A stretch of 63,016 nt of DNA, filler included, from Asterionella formosa (taxonomy: Eukaryota), in the NCBI GenBank assembly GCA_002256025.1. It is 26 parts of 26 records of this genome, joined end to end, with 100 filler letters (N's around TTAATTAATTAA, not from the genome) between each part and the next. Parts side by side here need not be neighbours in the genome. Positions count along the whole stretch, not along the records: positions 1 to 2,341 come from NKIB01015408.1; positions 2,442 to 4,781 come from NKIB01015410.1; positions 4,882 to 7,219 come from NKIB01015411.1; positions 7,320 to 9,656 come from NKIB01015412.1; positions 9,757 to 12,092 come from NKIB01015413.1; 21 more parts are not named here. One strand, written 5' to 3'. Below the pieces are notes generated by a model that saw only the letters and a program-made list of their open reading frames with translations, was not told the DNA's origin and made no database searches. Below are positions 1 through 12,092 of the stretch, piece by piece. The position numbers and the translations under genes were made by a program. Position 1 is the stretch's first letter. The number at the start of each line of letters is the position of its first letter.

Positions 1-2341
1 GTGACGAGACATACCACATCCACCAGGCGGCGGCCTGTCTCGCCTGGAAGCTCAGCAGAACTGGTGAGTGCTGCAAGGCTCCATGCGAAGGAAGGTGGGC
101 TGGTCCGCTGCTGCGCTGAAAACGGTTCGACCCCGTGAAAGTTACCTGTTAGTAGTATAAGAAGAAGTAATGATAATGCCATTGTTGACGTTGGGTATAG
201 TCATTCTTTCCGGTTCAATCAGTAATGGACTAATATCGGGCAGTCAAGATCCTCGTTTATCATCCCGCCGCGAGGATGATCAAAAATATGAATGATCACC
301 TCATACGTCATAGAAATCGGATGAAATCTCATCATATTTCCGGAATATAGGTATGTAGCCGAAATATCGGTACCTAGGTACCGGTACTCCCTCTGTTCAC
401 ATATATAGTTGCAACAATTCTTTAAATCGGCCCGCTCGATCCACGTCTTTAAAATGCCCTCTGTTGAAGCAATATGCATTTTCTACACGAGACGAGCGAA
501 GGGTCTTCGAAAAAGGGTCCAGAGCAAAACACAAACATTGCGATCAGGGCACGATTGTACGAAAAACGCGCCAAAAAATCGAGTTCAGGTTTGTCAAAGT
601 GTGTCTTTTAGGCTGTTGATGTCGACAGGTGTCCGAAGACTAGATGTAGTCTGAGGAATGTCTAAACAGAAATAGACAGGATTTATAAAGCAGAATAATA
701 CACAAACGAGCGGCGCGAGAAAGACCTTGACCGGTCATTCCAGGGCAATTCCCGCTCCAGCTATCGTCTTGCCATTCGGGTAATTTTTAGTTTCTAAGTA
801 ATTTCTTCAGTAATTTTTATTTAAGGGCAATATGGGGCACATCGAATTTTTCGGCAATAAAATTGCCGATTTTAGCATGACAACCAGAATAACGGTAATA
901 TGCATAGAGATGGTACAACAAGCGTAAAACACATGAGAATGATTGTAACATGCAACATAATGAAAATTGAACATGATGTTTGGAGCAACCAAAGTATGAA
1001 ATGCGATGTAATAAGTAGCATCAAATGAGAAATAGAAAAAATTGTTTTGGGTTTAGAAATGAAATAAAAAATAAGAGTTCCAATGGAGACGTATGCATTG
1101 TGAATCATTGTAGTACTTACTTACACAGGCAACATTGACTTTCCATCGCCATACAATCGAAGACCGAAAGAAGAAGAAGAAAAGCTCAACCCAATGTAGA
1201 CCTGCATCGTTATTTAGCTTCAATGGTCTGGTTGCTGCAACCATGCGCATCGCTGTAGTAGCCTGACACCAGTAGCAGTATTTCCGCCACAGTCATTCCT
1301 CTCTGCCCACCAAACAGGCAACTCTGATCATTCCATTCTGAGCAAGCGTGATCGCCATGCTGCTCCAGCACTATTGACCCTCTCTAGCTGAGTATTCATG
1401 TAGCTTCTGATACGAACTCGTAGTAGAAATGTAGCAACGCGTGTTAGTACAAGAAAAGCATTGCTTGGCGGCAATATTGACATCATTGTCAATGACTATA
1501 CAAATCAACAACGGCACAATACCACATCTTCAATGAGTAGTCATTGATAAATGCATTTGTTCTTATGTAGATATGTAAAATTGAAACAAAACGACAGTGC
1601 GTAACGACAAACAACGATGGAAGCGATCAAAACAACCCACGGAAGCAATCAAATCGGAAAGTTGATAAATACGATCTACAATCCACATTCAGTGTTTCAC
1701 TGTTGTACTTACCAATCCGCTTCAACTAGCATAACAAGCAGCAGACGATGGGATCAAAGAAAGACGAACGTTGCCTATTGCAAGCCCGAATAGAGCAAAG
1801 ACAGGCAAGATAGAGTGAGAACTATATTTTTGAGGACGAAATCGGGCATACGGTACGTGAAATCAATGAATATGTGAACAAAATTTCAGGTCTCGTAAAA
1901 ATAATACCGAGTCTACAGAGATAATATTATTACGTGTTCAAAGTAAGCGTTAAAGCATAGCTTAAACCATGCATGGTTGTTTTTAGTACCACGTATGTAT
2001 GTAGACTAGATGACTGCCGGTACCAGTAGAATATCCGTTAAGCATCATTACATACATGACCGGAGCAAAAACTTGCCACCAACATCAGATGTATCGATAT
2101 CATTGTTCGTCCGACGAAATATGGACGATGCAACTACATGAATGCCTCGAGAAGACAAGCAATCCAACAATCAACCGCATCCTTCAGGCAAAGAATCGCT
2201 ACTGGCGTCATCGCGGAACTGATTTCGCTTCAAACCGGTCATGATGGACGACGATTGGCATGGTGAAAGGTGAATTGCCGGAGTCCACTTTTCAGGAGAC
2301 GAACAAAAACGAGGTGAATTCTAGACATAAATTATAAGAAT

Positions 2342-2441
2342 NNNNNNNNNNNNNNNNNNNNNNNNNNNNNNNNNNNNNNNNNNNNTTAATTAATTAANNN
2401 NNNNNNNNNNNNNNNNNNNNNNNNNNNNNNNNNNNNNNNNN
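2342..2441. other. Artificial contig spacer (first of 25)
   Basis: N-run + TTAATTAATTAA (stops in all six frames) + N-run, 100 nt. Others start at 4782, 7220, 9657, 12093, 14528, 16962, 19395, 21827, 24257, 26685, 29119, 31545, 33971, 36394, 38817, 41242, 43663, 46084, 48504, 50924, 53343, 55762, 58181, 60599. Adjacency across spacers has no biological meaning. Confidence 0.98.
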
Positions 2442-2657
2442 ATTGCACTTTTCAACCAATATTTTAGGAGAAACCAATTGCTATAAACTTATATCTAATG
2501 ACATAGCCTTAAAGCGTACATGCTCAAGATTGGGATCGAAGTTTTAAAATTAACAAATCTGCATTTGGGAGGGTCAAACCGTGTTTTTCTCCTGTTCAGT
2601 GGGTCACAGCGGTTCCAAATATTTTTTAGTGGGTCACAGCAGTTTTTTACTGGTACC

Positions 2658-4781
2658 GTAATTGGTAAAAATTAAACCAAAGATGTATTTTCCTGTAGGC
2701 CTCTGCTATGTGTCTACTGGGTCATTTTAATACTGGCACGGTTTTGATCTGAAATGCAAGTGGAAGGACCGTGTTACAACAACAAAAGTATGTAGATATT
2801 CGAAAAATTAAATCATAACTTGAGGTTACTATTATATTCAAACCACGCGTCAGACTTCATTTTGTGTGGCAAGTCTGGACGTTTTAAAATAACCAACCCT
2901 AAAATCACCTCTCTTTTATATCATGTACATTTATGATGTATTATTATCGGTATGTTATGTACATATGTGTAGTATTTAGCTATAGGTACCCTCGTACCTG
3001 GGACCAGGTACCGGTATATTTTGTTGTTCGACAGAAAATTATACCCGTAGTGACAGCTAGTGCACTAGCAATCAAGTAACACCGTTTACACAGGCAGTGA
3101 TCATGAAGGTTTGTTATTTCGCTGTTATTGTCATCTTGTTACAACCAAAACCAAACTCTCGTTCTTCTTTGCCTGTCTCATCCCTTCTTAATTTGAATTG
3201 AATTCGTTACCACATAATCTATACAACCTCCTCCCAAATTACCAAAATCATTTATTCCAATTTAAGCATGTCATACACAAGTGGAAAATTCGCAGCTCAA
3301 GCAAAACAAGTTGCAGCAGACAATAAGGCTGGTTATCTGGAAAGCACCATTCTTGGTTGTTTTTTCTTGTTATGCCTTTCCGTCCGAGGTGGATGGCATC
3401 CCATCTACAACAGTGACAGAAGAAAAGTCAAGTTCTTTGGCTTTCTATGGTATCAATCAAGACGTCATCAGCGACCCAGAGGACAACCAGCCAGGTCAAT
3501 GTAAACCTGTGGAAGAACAATTCTCAAAGGATGATTATGAATCTGTAATTTCTAACACTGATTGGATTTCTGAGAAGCCAATTGGATATAGTGTACTCAA
3601 TCAATATCAATCAGCCATCCTAGATTTGCATGCACAGCAACAAGATGGAGGATGCAACAACATACCCAAGGAAGTACAAATGTCTGGCCATGTGAAAAGA
3701 TTGCTGAAGACAGTAAAAATGAGAAAGACACAAATTGCAAAAAGCAATTTTGATGAAAAATTGACAAGTGAATTCACGCCATACACTGCTGCTCAAGATA
3801 TCCCAAGACTTGAAGATTTTTTCTTTAAAAAAATTCGTTATCATCCATTTATTCAGTGGCATCTTTATTGATCAATATTGCCTGTTGATGACAACAAATG
3901 GGATCCTAAGAGGTGAATCACTCTTTAAGTGCGAACTTAGCGATCTTTGTTCCTTGTTACACAACAAGGATAAAAATATTCTAGAGGATATTTTAATTCA
4001 TGTGATGCGCATTGCTACTGGGAAAACAAATGGGTTAAAGACTCTTTATGGACGTTGTATTCGACATTGTGATGTCAATGAGTGTGCTATTGGTGCTCTT
4101 GGATTTTATTTAATTGCAAGATTTATGCAAAGTGGAGAAGCAGAATCATTTGATTTTACTTCAAACAAAGCCTGGTTTAATATTAAGCTGTTGACAGATT
4201 CTCAGGGCTTTGACAAGCAACACTATTTCAGTAACTGATCAGGCATATGCAAGTAACACGAAGAATGATTGCAGACACCTTGGCATCAATTCAAAACATT
4301 TCGTGCATTTTGGTCGATAGACTGGTTCAGACAAAGCAGAATTGGATGAACTTGATGGCAAGAATATCAATGCTAAACTGCCAATGAAAGCCATGCGTGT
4401 TATGGCTGGCCATCAGATGAAAAAGGAAGTGTTTTTTGCCATAAGATCACATCAAACCTTCAATGACCCTGCAACAAACAGTCTTTCCATTTATTGAAAA
4501 AGAAATTGAATCTATTGATGCAGCTACCAATTCTACCGCCTATACTTTTCTTAATTTGCTCTCTTGCCTCCGTGTCGTCATTCTGCAAGATGCAGCAACA
4601 ATGATATTGAATGGTTGGGGTCAATTTTTGTTCACATTGTTGGATGTGTTTAATTGTGAAGAGTTCAAAGAATTTTTAAAGAATATGAGTCATCATCTGG
4701 ATTTGGTTCAGGATCCAGTGGATCTTAGAATAGACTCTATTTTACCTGGTTTCAGAGATCGATTTACAAATTTGCATTCTG
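2658..4781 (+). mobile_element. Crypton-type (CryptonF/Ndc10 domain II-like) tyrosine recombinase element, defective copy A, 3' truncated by contig end
   Basis: Frameshifted peptides carry LRGES (R), GKTN (K), RH..V..C..GAL..YL..RF, WFNIKLL, HFGR (HxxR, ~4300), LPMKAMRVMAG and FLNLL..LRVVILQDAA, typical of Ndc10-II/Crypton proteins. Near-identical to 34231-36393, with different upstream flanks. Confidence 0.8.
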
Positions 4782-5039
4782 NNNNNNNNNNNNNNNNNNN
4801 NNNNNNNNNNNNNNNNNNNNNNNNNTTAATTAATTAANNNNNNNNNNNNNNNNNNNNNNNNNNNNNNNNNNNNNNNNNNNNTACATACTAGTGCCTACGA
4901 GGACAAAAAGAATTATGGCACGTTACTTTGTCTATGACAAGAAAATTATTGGGTGTTTGGTTCCACCTCGAGAAAAATGTACAGGGGGGTCCAGCAACCA
5001 TAGGGGGGTCCAGGACAATGAAGTATACGGTATCTTAAT

Positions 5040-5490
5040 TAATAACGGTACCTGGTACCAGTAGTCTACCATGTACCTGGTAAATTGTATGTACATACCG
5101 GTTGGAGGGTAGGAGTACCAAGTACCAGGTACCAGGTACCAGGTACGAAGTACGAGGTACGTAGTCTACCCTTAAGTCTACTGGATGGTACCGGTACCAT
5201 GTACCTGGTACCTGTGCAAGTTGCGGTAATTTTGCCGAAACTAAAGATTTATCATACCGGTAGCTATGTAGTTTTATCCCAGATGAAATTGTTTGTTTAC
5301 CGGTACCTGGTACCTGGTACCTGGTACCTGGTACCTGGTAAGCAAAATGACCGCAACTTGCTTGGTATGCATGCACTGTAGACAAATACAGGTAAATATG
5401 CTTCTTGTTCGCGTCGAGTGTCGAAGGGCCATGTCCCGGTATGTATGATACCAGTACCAGGTACCTGGTACCAGTAGTCTACCAGGTAGT
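5040..5490. repeat. (TACCAGG)n/(TACCTGG)n heptamer cluster upstream of 18S
   Basis: Tandem gtaccag runs at ~5116-5146 and tacctgg runs at ~5304-5340, plus scattered GGTACC palindromes. Confidence 0.85.
5216..5361. mobile_element. Small TIR element (GCAAGTTGCGGT family MITE)
   Basis: Ends GCAAGTTGCGGTAATTTTGC and GCAAAATGACCGCAACTTGC form a 19/20 inverted match. Related ends occur at ~24766, 25531-26035 and 52935-53037. Confidence 0.65.
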
Positions 5491-5839
5491 GTGTCGTTCG
5501 TATGTATGAGGTGGTAAGAGAGATGATGGTGAAGAAAGGTTTTAGAGTCAGGTTCCACAGTACGTATTTTGTACATTGTATACCTAGGGCGGTCGTTTTG
5601 AGAAAAGGTTCATGAAGGACATTGTCAGTACATGCGAGATGTGTAGAAGTACCATCTTAAAGTTATGGATACAATAGACAATAGTCCAGCCAAATGTTTC
5701 GTCGTATAATATTGTATTACATTTGTAGTGATTTGCAGTACGGGCCTGCCTACTGTTGTGAAGACTGAAACTGAAACTGAAACTGAAACCAAAACCGCAT
5801 GCTAACTCTAGCATTCGTGCTCACTCGTAAAACGGTGGG

Positions 5840-6956
5840 TTATAGGGAGTATCGTGCTGCATTTTCTTGCAGTGTGCCGCATACCTTGCCGTAGTGAAAA
5901 CTCGGCAGAAAGACCGCGTGGTTGCCTGTAGAGTCACAAGAACAACGGCGGTTGCAACAGCACAGCTAACACCGACAGACACTGTCCTCACAGAGCGAAA
6001 GCTTGTGTAGTTCTGTCCCGTGTTGGCGTTGTGATCGACGTATTCGTAGTGGGTCTGAGAGGTGATTGGGAGGTAAAATCTGTATCAGTGTAGGCTGTTG
6101 TCCCGAAATATGCTGCCAAGGTGTGCCTTGCTGTTGTGGCTCGTGCATATCGAAGTAGGATGTTGGTTTACTGTTGCGCTATGCGTACCAGTATGAAAAA
6201 GGAATTCGCACGGTGAAGGCAAGGTTTGGCGCAAGTGCAAGTAAATTGTCAAGTACTCTACTCTACGTAGTTTCGCAGTGTTTGCCGTGGTGTTTGCAGT
6301 GTTACTAATGTTATTAAATGTATTATAGAAATGTAATATAATGAATATTCATTAGACACACCGGTAAAAAACCCCATCAAGCACATGAGAAATGCGATTG
6401 ATGAAAGTGATTGTTTACTGGCATATGACCAGATCTGGTTTCCCGTGTAATGAGGCTACCAGTTGTACAGAGAGCCGCTACTTGTTCGGCGTGAAGCCCA
6501 GCGTGGTATTCTCTGTTTGGTGGTAGCCTGGGTACGCTCAAGTTGGCCTACGAACGAATATATGGTACCGGCGTGGTACTGTACCAGCCGGAGCTATAAT
6601 ATATCAGGCTCGTCTAGCATTTGTTGTAAGTTGTTGCATGACAGTTGGCGTATTCTTTATTGAATTGGCAATCTGTGATGATATCTCAACTTGGAGCACT
6701 TGTTTGCGAGAGCAATTCTCTAACTAACTGTATTGGCCTGTCATTACGGTTTACCTCCTGTACAGTTGCTGCCCTCGTTGTTTGTGTTGTGGTTCGACAC
6801 GGTCTGCAGTGTGTGTGTATTTGATTTTGGTTGTTTTTCTTTAAACATTCAAACGCAGGTCACGCACATTGTAGATCCCCCTCCCCCGCACACACGGCGA
6901 GTCAGTGACATGTGTTTGGTAGCTGGTGGTGACTGTCAAAGTTAAAGAAAGATAGC
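5840..6956 (+). other. Probable rDNA 5' external transcribed spacer / intergenic spacer
   Basis: GT-rich non-coding sequence directly upstream of the 18S start. The left boundary is a guess. Confidence 0.5.
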
Positions 6957-7219
6957 AACCTGGTTGATTCTGCCAGTAGTCATACGCTCGTCTCAAAGAT
7001 TAAGCCATGCATGTCTAAGTATAAATCTTTTACTTTGAAACTGCGAACGGCTCATTATATCAGTTATAGTTTATTTGATAGTCCCTTACTACTTGGATAA
7101 CCGTAGTAATTCTAGAGCTAATACATGCGTCAATACCCTTCTGGGGTAGTATTTATTAGATTGAAACCAACCGCTTCGGCGTGATGTGGTGATTCATAAT
7201 AAATTAGCGAATCGCATGG
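6957..7219 (+). rRNA. 18S: 18S (SSU) rRNA, 5' fragment, pennate-diatom-like
   Basis: Begins AACCTGGTTGATTCTGCCAGTAGTCATACGCTCGTCTCAAAGATTAAGCCATGCATGTCTAAG, the conserved eukaryotic SSU start. CATACGCTCG and CAATACCCTTCTGGGGTAG resemble diatom sequences. Truncated by the contig end. Confidence 0.98.
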
Positions 7220-7319
7220 NNNNNNNNNNNNNNNNNNNNNNNNNNNNNNNNNNNNNNNNNNNNTTAATTAATTAANNNNNNNNNNNNNNNNNNNNNNNNN
7301 NNNNNNNNNNNNNNNNNNN

Positions 7320-9656
7320 TCAATCTCTGCTTTGATTGCCTTGGTCCATTCGTCTTTTTCGTTACTTAATAGTGCCTGCTTGTAGCTCTTGGGTTCCAGT
7401 GGGTCAGAAGCTAGGCTCGTTGAGTGTGCTTCCTCACTAGGTTGGTGCTCTTCGTTGGTATCTTTGTTGGTATCTTCGATGGTGTCATCGTCCAATATTA
7501 GCGTGCGTGCTGCGGATGATTGCTGACGTGTGCCTGCACGAGTAGGGGTAGGTGAGGTCACAAAGCCTGTAGATAGCCTATTCATTTCTCGATCGAGCTT
7601 TGTTGATTTCGTAGCATTATTCGTACGAGGCTTGTTCGTATTCATACCACCTGCGACGGAATCTGCAAAGCTCACTCCCTTGGGAGTACTGGGATCGTCT
7701 TGTTTCGTTGGTAGCAGTGTAGTAGCCCCTTGCTCGTCAGGAGGCATTGCGTTGGTAGGTTTAGTAGGAGTGTCGAATTCCTCGTCTATTCCAGATCCGT
7801 CTGTGGTGAATTCGTCCATGTCCACTGTGGGTTTGGCATTTCCATGCCAGTCAGCCCATTTAAAGTCACTTGTGTTGAAGACCTTTTTCGTTGTAACGTT
7901 GTACATGCGGTAGGTATCACCGGCGTGGTCATGGCTGTATCCAAGAATGACACATTTGACACTTTTTTGGGGTAAGTTTCTGCCTTGGCGTCCGAATCGT
8001 GGCCCACCCCACCCTGCCAAACTGAATCAGGTGAGGATAAATCTTAGGCTGAAAGCCGTAGAAAAGCCAATCGGGGCATTTTCCCGTATTCGAGTTAGCA
8101 ACAGAGTTCGTTAGTCGTGTGTGCATGTGGACACTCTCGGCCCACAGTAGTCCCTGGTATTCGTCTGACAATTTTGCGCTGAACATGGAGGCACATGCTC
8201 GGTCTCGTATCGTCACAAATTTTCGTTCCACGACTCCGTTCTGTTGAGGAGTATAGGGGGCAGTATACTCAATCTGAATACCCTGCGTGGTGCAGACGAT
8301 ACTTAGACTGGTCATGTTTTCACCGGCGTTGTTGCAGCGTAGGAAGCGTACTACATAGCCCGCTGACTTGAGTGTAGTCAGTAGGGCATCCGCGATGCTC
8401 GCCAAAAGACTCTTCTTGTTAACAAAATAACTCCATGCCTTGCCTGTGTACTGATCCATGAATAGAATCCAGTAGTTGCTTCCAATTAGAGATTTCTTGT
8501 AGGGACCTGAAATGTCCAGGTACAATCGTTCAGCAGGAGTAGAGGCCTTGAGGGTCGTGACTTTAGGTACCGCTTTGGCCTTTGCCTTAGCTAGTGCGCA
8601 GCCTTCACACGACTGAATCTTGCCCGTAGGTTCAATACCGAGGGACTTTAGCGTTGCGCGAAGGGATGCCTCGCTGATGTGGCCGTATTTGTCGTGGGCC
8701 TCGTTGATGTCAATTTGCGTTGGTTTCTTGGTAGTTTTTGCCCTAGGAAGTTGCGTCACTGTCTTGGTATTCGTTGGAGTAGGATCAGGTGTACGGTTTG
8801 TTGTTGAGTCGTGAATAGACAAGACCGTTTCGGACTGTAGGGTACGTTTTCCCTTGAAGTAGTAAAGGACGCCTTGATCCTCACAAGAAAAGGTTAGTTC
8901 GTTGTCGTACCCTTCCTTATGTAGACTCAACTCAGACCCCTTCATGCGTGCCTTGCACCCTCCGTTCTTGACAAATTGCCCGATGCTGACGATATTCTTG
9001 TGGAAGTGAGGAGTGTAGAGTACCTTGCGTAGTAACATGGAACACGTCTTGTTGGTAATCAGAATATCACCTCGTTTCGTGCATACCACCTCTTTACCGT
9101 CACCGACAATGACCGAGACGTTGACATTTTCGACGTTTGTCATGTATTCGTCAGTCATAGTGATGTGCGTGGTAGCCCCAGTGTCCGCGAGCCAGCGCTC
9201 CGTTCCGTTGCTTGATGCGCAGTATTGGTCTTCGTACCACTCGTCTTCCATTGTAGGGACGAAACACACGCGTAGGAGTTCTTCAGTAGCTTTCTGCGTC
9301 TCGTCCATGGTACCGGGGATGTCGTCCGTCGCCTCCATACCAGTAATCTCCTCGCACATTCCCACGTACATTCCGGTTTCTTTTTTCTTCTCGCCGCGTG
9401 GTGCGCGTTTTGGTTCCGGGCAGTCTCTTGCAATATGCCCGACATATTTATTGCAATTATAGCACTTTATCTCATTTTTTTCGTTCGTACCGTTTGCATT
9501 CGTTCCGCTTGTGTTCGTTTTCGATCGGCACACGTCGGCCTTGTGCCCTTGTTTGCCGCAGTTCTTGCAGATACCTCTGTATTTCTGCGTGAATAGGGCG
9601 ATCTCCTTTGTGCTCTTCGTGCCCTTTAGCTTTCGTTTGTAGAATGCTCGGATCTT
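7320..9656 (-). mobile_element. Ty1/copia LTR retrotransposon internal region (gag zinc knuckles, protease, GAG-pre-integrase, integrase, linker to RT), defective
   Basis: CCHC knuckle CYNCNKYVGHIARDC, protease WLADTGATTH, H..YGH..CEGC, integrase LDISGP / RCNNAGE / PQQNGVVER, then LGY..YRMYN and EPKSYKQAL. Frameshift at ~7965. Confidence 0.95.
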
Positions 9657-9819
9657 NNNNNNNNNNNNNNNNNNNNNNNNNNNNNNNNNNNNNNNNNNNN
9701 TTAATTAATTAANNNNNNNNNNNNNNNNNNNNNNNNNNNNNNNNNNNNNNNNNNNNATCCATGTTACTACTACCGGTAGATCAATTCATAGCAAATGAGC
9801 CGGCTGCTCATTCTCATTG

Positions 9820-10845
9820 CTCGGATTGATTGTCTTTTGTAGAAAGAGGGAAACATTTGCAGAGTGAGTTGATGAGAAAAAAAAGTTACGAAGCCATGAT
9901 TTCGTTTCTGCTGTGCTCCTTACCATGTTCCCCAATGGCCAACCCAGCCCTGATCATATGATTGTCTGCAATCAGTGAACAACAATCGTAGAGTGAGTTC
10001 ATGAACAAACAATCGTTACAAAGGCATCATTTTCGTTGTGCTTAGCTACCATGCCGCAGCCTGATTCCCAACAAATCTCTCGCTCAACAGATTGATTGTC
10101 TGTAGACAAAGAACAGCGTTTGCAGAGTAAGTTCGTGATCAACAAGCAAGTAACAAGCACACAATCAAGCTCTTTTTATAATTCATTACAAATAGCAATT
10201 CATGCGCTAACAATTCCGAACAAAGACGAAGGAGAATAGGAGAGGAGATCCGCCCACAACAAGCAACAGCAAACAGTATCAAGCAACAAAAGGCAAGAAA
10301 ACATTGCACTTGCTTACCATGTATATTATTGTCCCCTTTGCACCAGAGGAATCGCTTCGGCAATGCGAAAAACAAATGATTGATAGCCTGCCTGACACAG
10401 AGCACGACACATTTCATTCTTCCCAAGGTTCAACCCTGCCCTGCCAAAAACATTTTGATTGTCCGTAGGAAAAGAACAAGGTTCACAGAGTAAGTTCATG
10501 ACTTGACCACTGTTCCAATTCCAAACGGAACAAGAAAGAGGAAGAACGAAATTGAGGTAGAGGAACTACAACAACAATCAAACATAGTTCAGAGCACAAG
10601 TCGAAGAACACGATGATGCAGAGCAACAAGAGGAAGAACAACAACAATCTAACACATGACCTGTCTCCATTTTCCAAAATATTAACTGCTTACCATATAT
10701 TTCTCGAACTTTCAGATGCATCCTTTCTGTACTACTGACAAGGAATAACAAAATAATTGCCTGTCTGTTTCTTCCAGAACCGGCCCGAAACAGAGTCCTC
10801 GTTGCTTTTCTGGAAGTGAAGAACATGATTCACAGAGTAAGATCA
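9820..10845 (+). repeat. Five degenerate repeats of an AG-[21 nt]-GTRAG cassette (candidate microexons)
   Basis: 21-nt cores ending AGA at 9843-9863, 9972-9992, 10106-10126, 10469-10489 and 10816-10836, each followed by GTGAGT, GTAAGT or GTAAGA. Confidence 0.55.
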
Positions 10846-11846
10846 TAGTAGCTGTTTAAACTCACACAAGACCTTTTTGTATTTCTTAACAAACAATGCA
10901 TATTCAGTTCAAAGGGAGGGCAAAGAACAATCAAGAGAAGGGTATACAGCCACAGTAACCAGAATGCACCACCAGCCAGCTCCTTGTTTCAAACAATTAG
11001 ATCCAAAGGGATAACAGCAGAAACAACAGATAGCGACAACGTCAATGACAACGACAGCAATAAAAACAACCACAATGCATAATGCATTTTACCACGAAAG
11101 TGATAATTTGTTTCTTCACCACGTTCTAGCCAGTAGCTGTTTTCCATTAAAAGAAACCTGGCGCGGACGGTCCTCCTCCTATACCTTTGCTTTGTACTAG
11201 CCATGTGTACATTCTACATAACAAAAAGCTGGGGCGCAGTCTATGCTTTGTCAGTATACTTTTTGGCGAGCAATGCAGACCTCCCGAAAATCTGACGAAC
11301 ATGGTGAATCGTTATCGAATATGCGAATTTTTTTACACAGAAATAGCTGTTGCATGTATTCGCGTTCATCTGATGATCATGTCATTGTAGTCGGCCTGAG
11401 TAGAAAATAAGAGCTGCAACCAAAGCAATTTCTTTTCGGAAAGGCTACAATTTGTCTACAATGATTATTTTATCAAATGAAATTCGGTTAACAAATCAAA
11501 TCAAAAGAAACGTTGGTAGATATGTTTTATATATACTGGCACCCGTAGTTCCATAGAAAAAGGAGTCGCATACCGGTACTATTTTAGTGTTCATCGAATA
11601 TCGTTGTAGTCAGTCGAAAATGAGAGGTATTTCCGAGATACTTCAAATAGTAAACAGTCATATCTCTAGCAAGTGGCTGGCCTTAGTGAAAGTAGCATTG
11701 GATGTATAGCTGTGTTAAATCGAATTGAATGAGATAATTTATTTTGTGGTTTTACAAATGATAAATCAAATATCTATATTGGCCGTTGTCTCTTTCTATT
11801 AAACAAATATCGGTACATAATCGCTATTTAATCGTGTTTTATCACC

Positions 11847-12092
11847 ATGAACGACGACGATTGCTGTTTGATATGTGGTAAGGGTCCATTTGTTTCCCTT
11901 CACCGTCATTACGCACATAGCCCTGAATGCAAAACAGCTGCTGAGTTGTTTCGTAAACCAGCAACTGGTCCAGACGACGGTCAGGAAGAATATGATGGAT
12001 TTCATCAATCTCCACCATCAGCTGCTGATGACTTTTCGTCGTCATTAAAGAAAAGGGCCAAAATTTGTCATGTTCAAACACTACATTTTGGC
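11847..12092 (+). CDS. 5' fragment of a protein with an N-terminal C2HC-like zinc finger (possibly transposon-encoded)
   Basis: MNDDDCCLICGKGPFVSLHRHYAHSPECK; frame stays open to the contig end. Confidence 0.4.

Noticed and set aside
1..2341. Genes or ncRNA in the first contig (GC-rich 1-140; ELPESTF-like stretch near 2270)
   Set aside because: No convincing frame or recognisable structure.
5035..5576. ORFs rich in YQVPGT/YLVPGTW
   Set aside because: These are translations of the heptamer repeat, not proteins.
7320..7340. Identical end points of the paired contigs (7320/53443 and 4781/36393) as element termini
   Set aside because: They fall mid-ORF and reflect assembler breaks at collapsed repeats.
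9820..10845. CRISPR-like array
   Set aside because: Spacing is irregular (129-363 bp), units are degenerate, no cas genes are present, and the context is eukaryotic.
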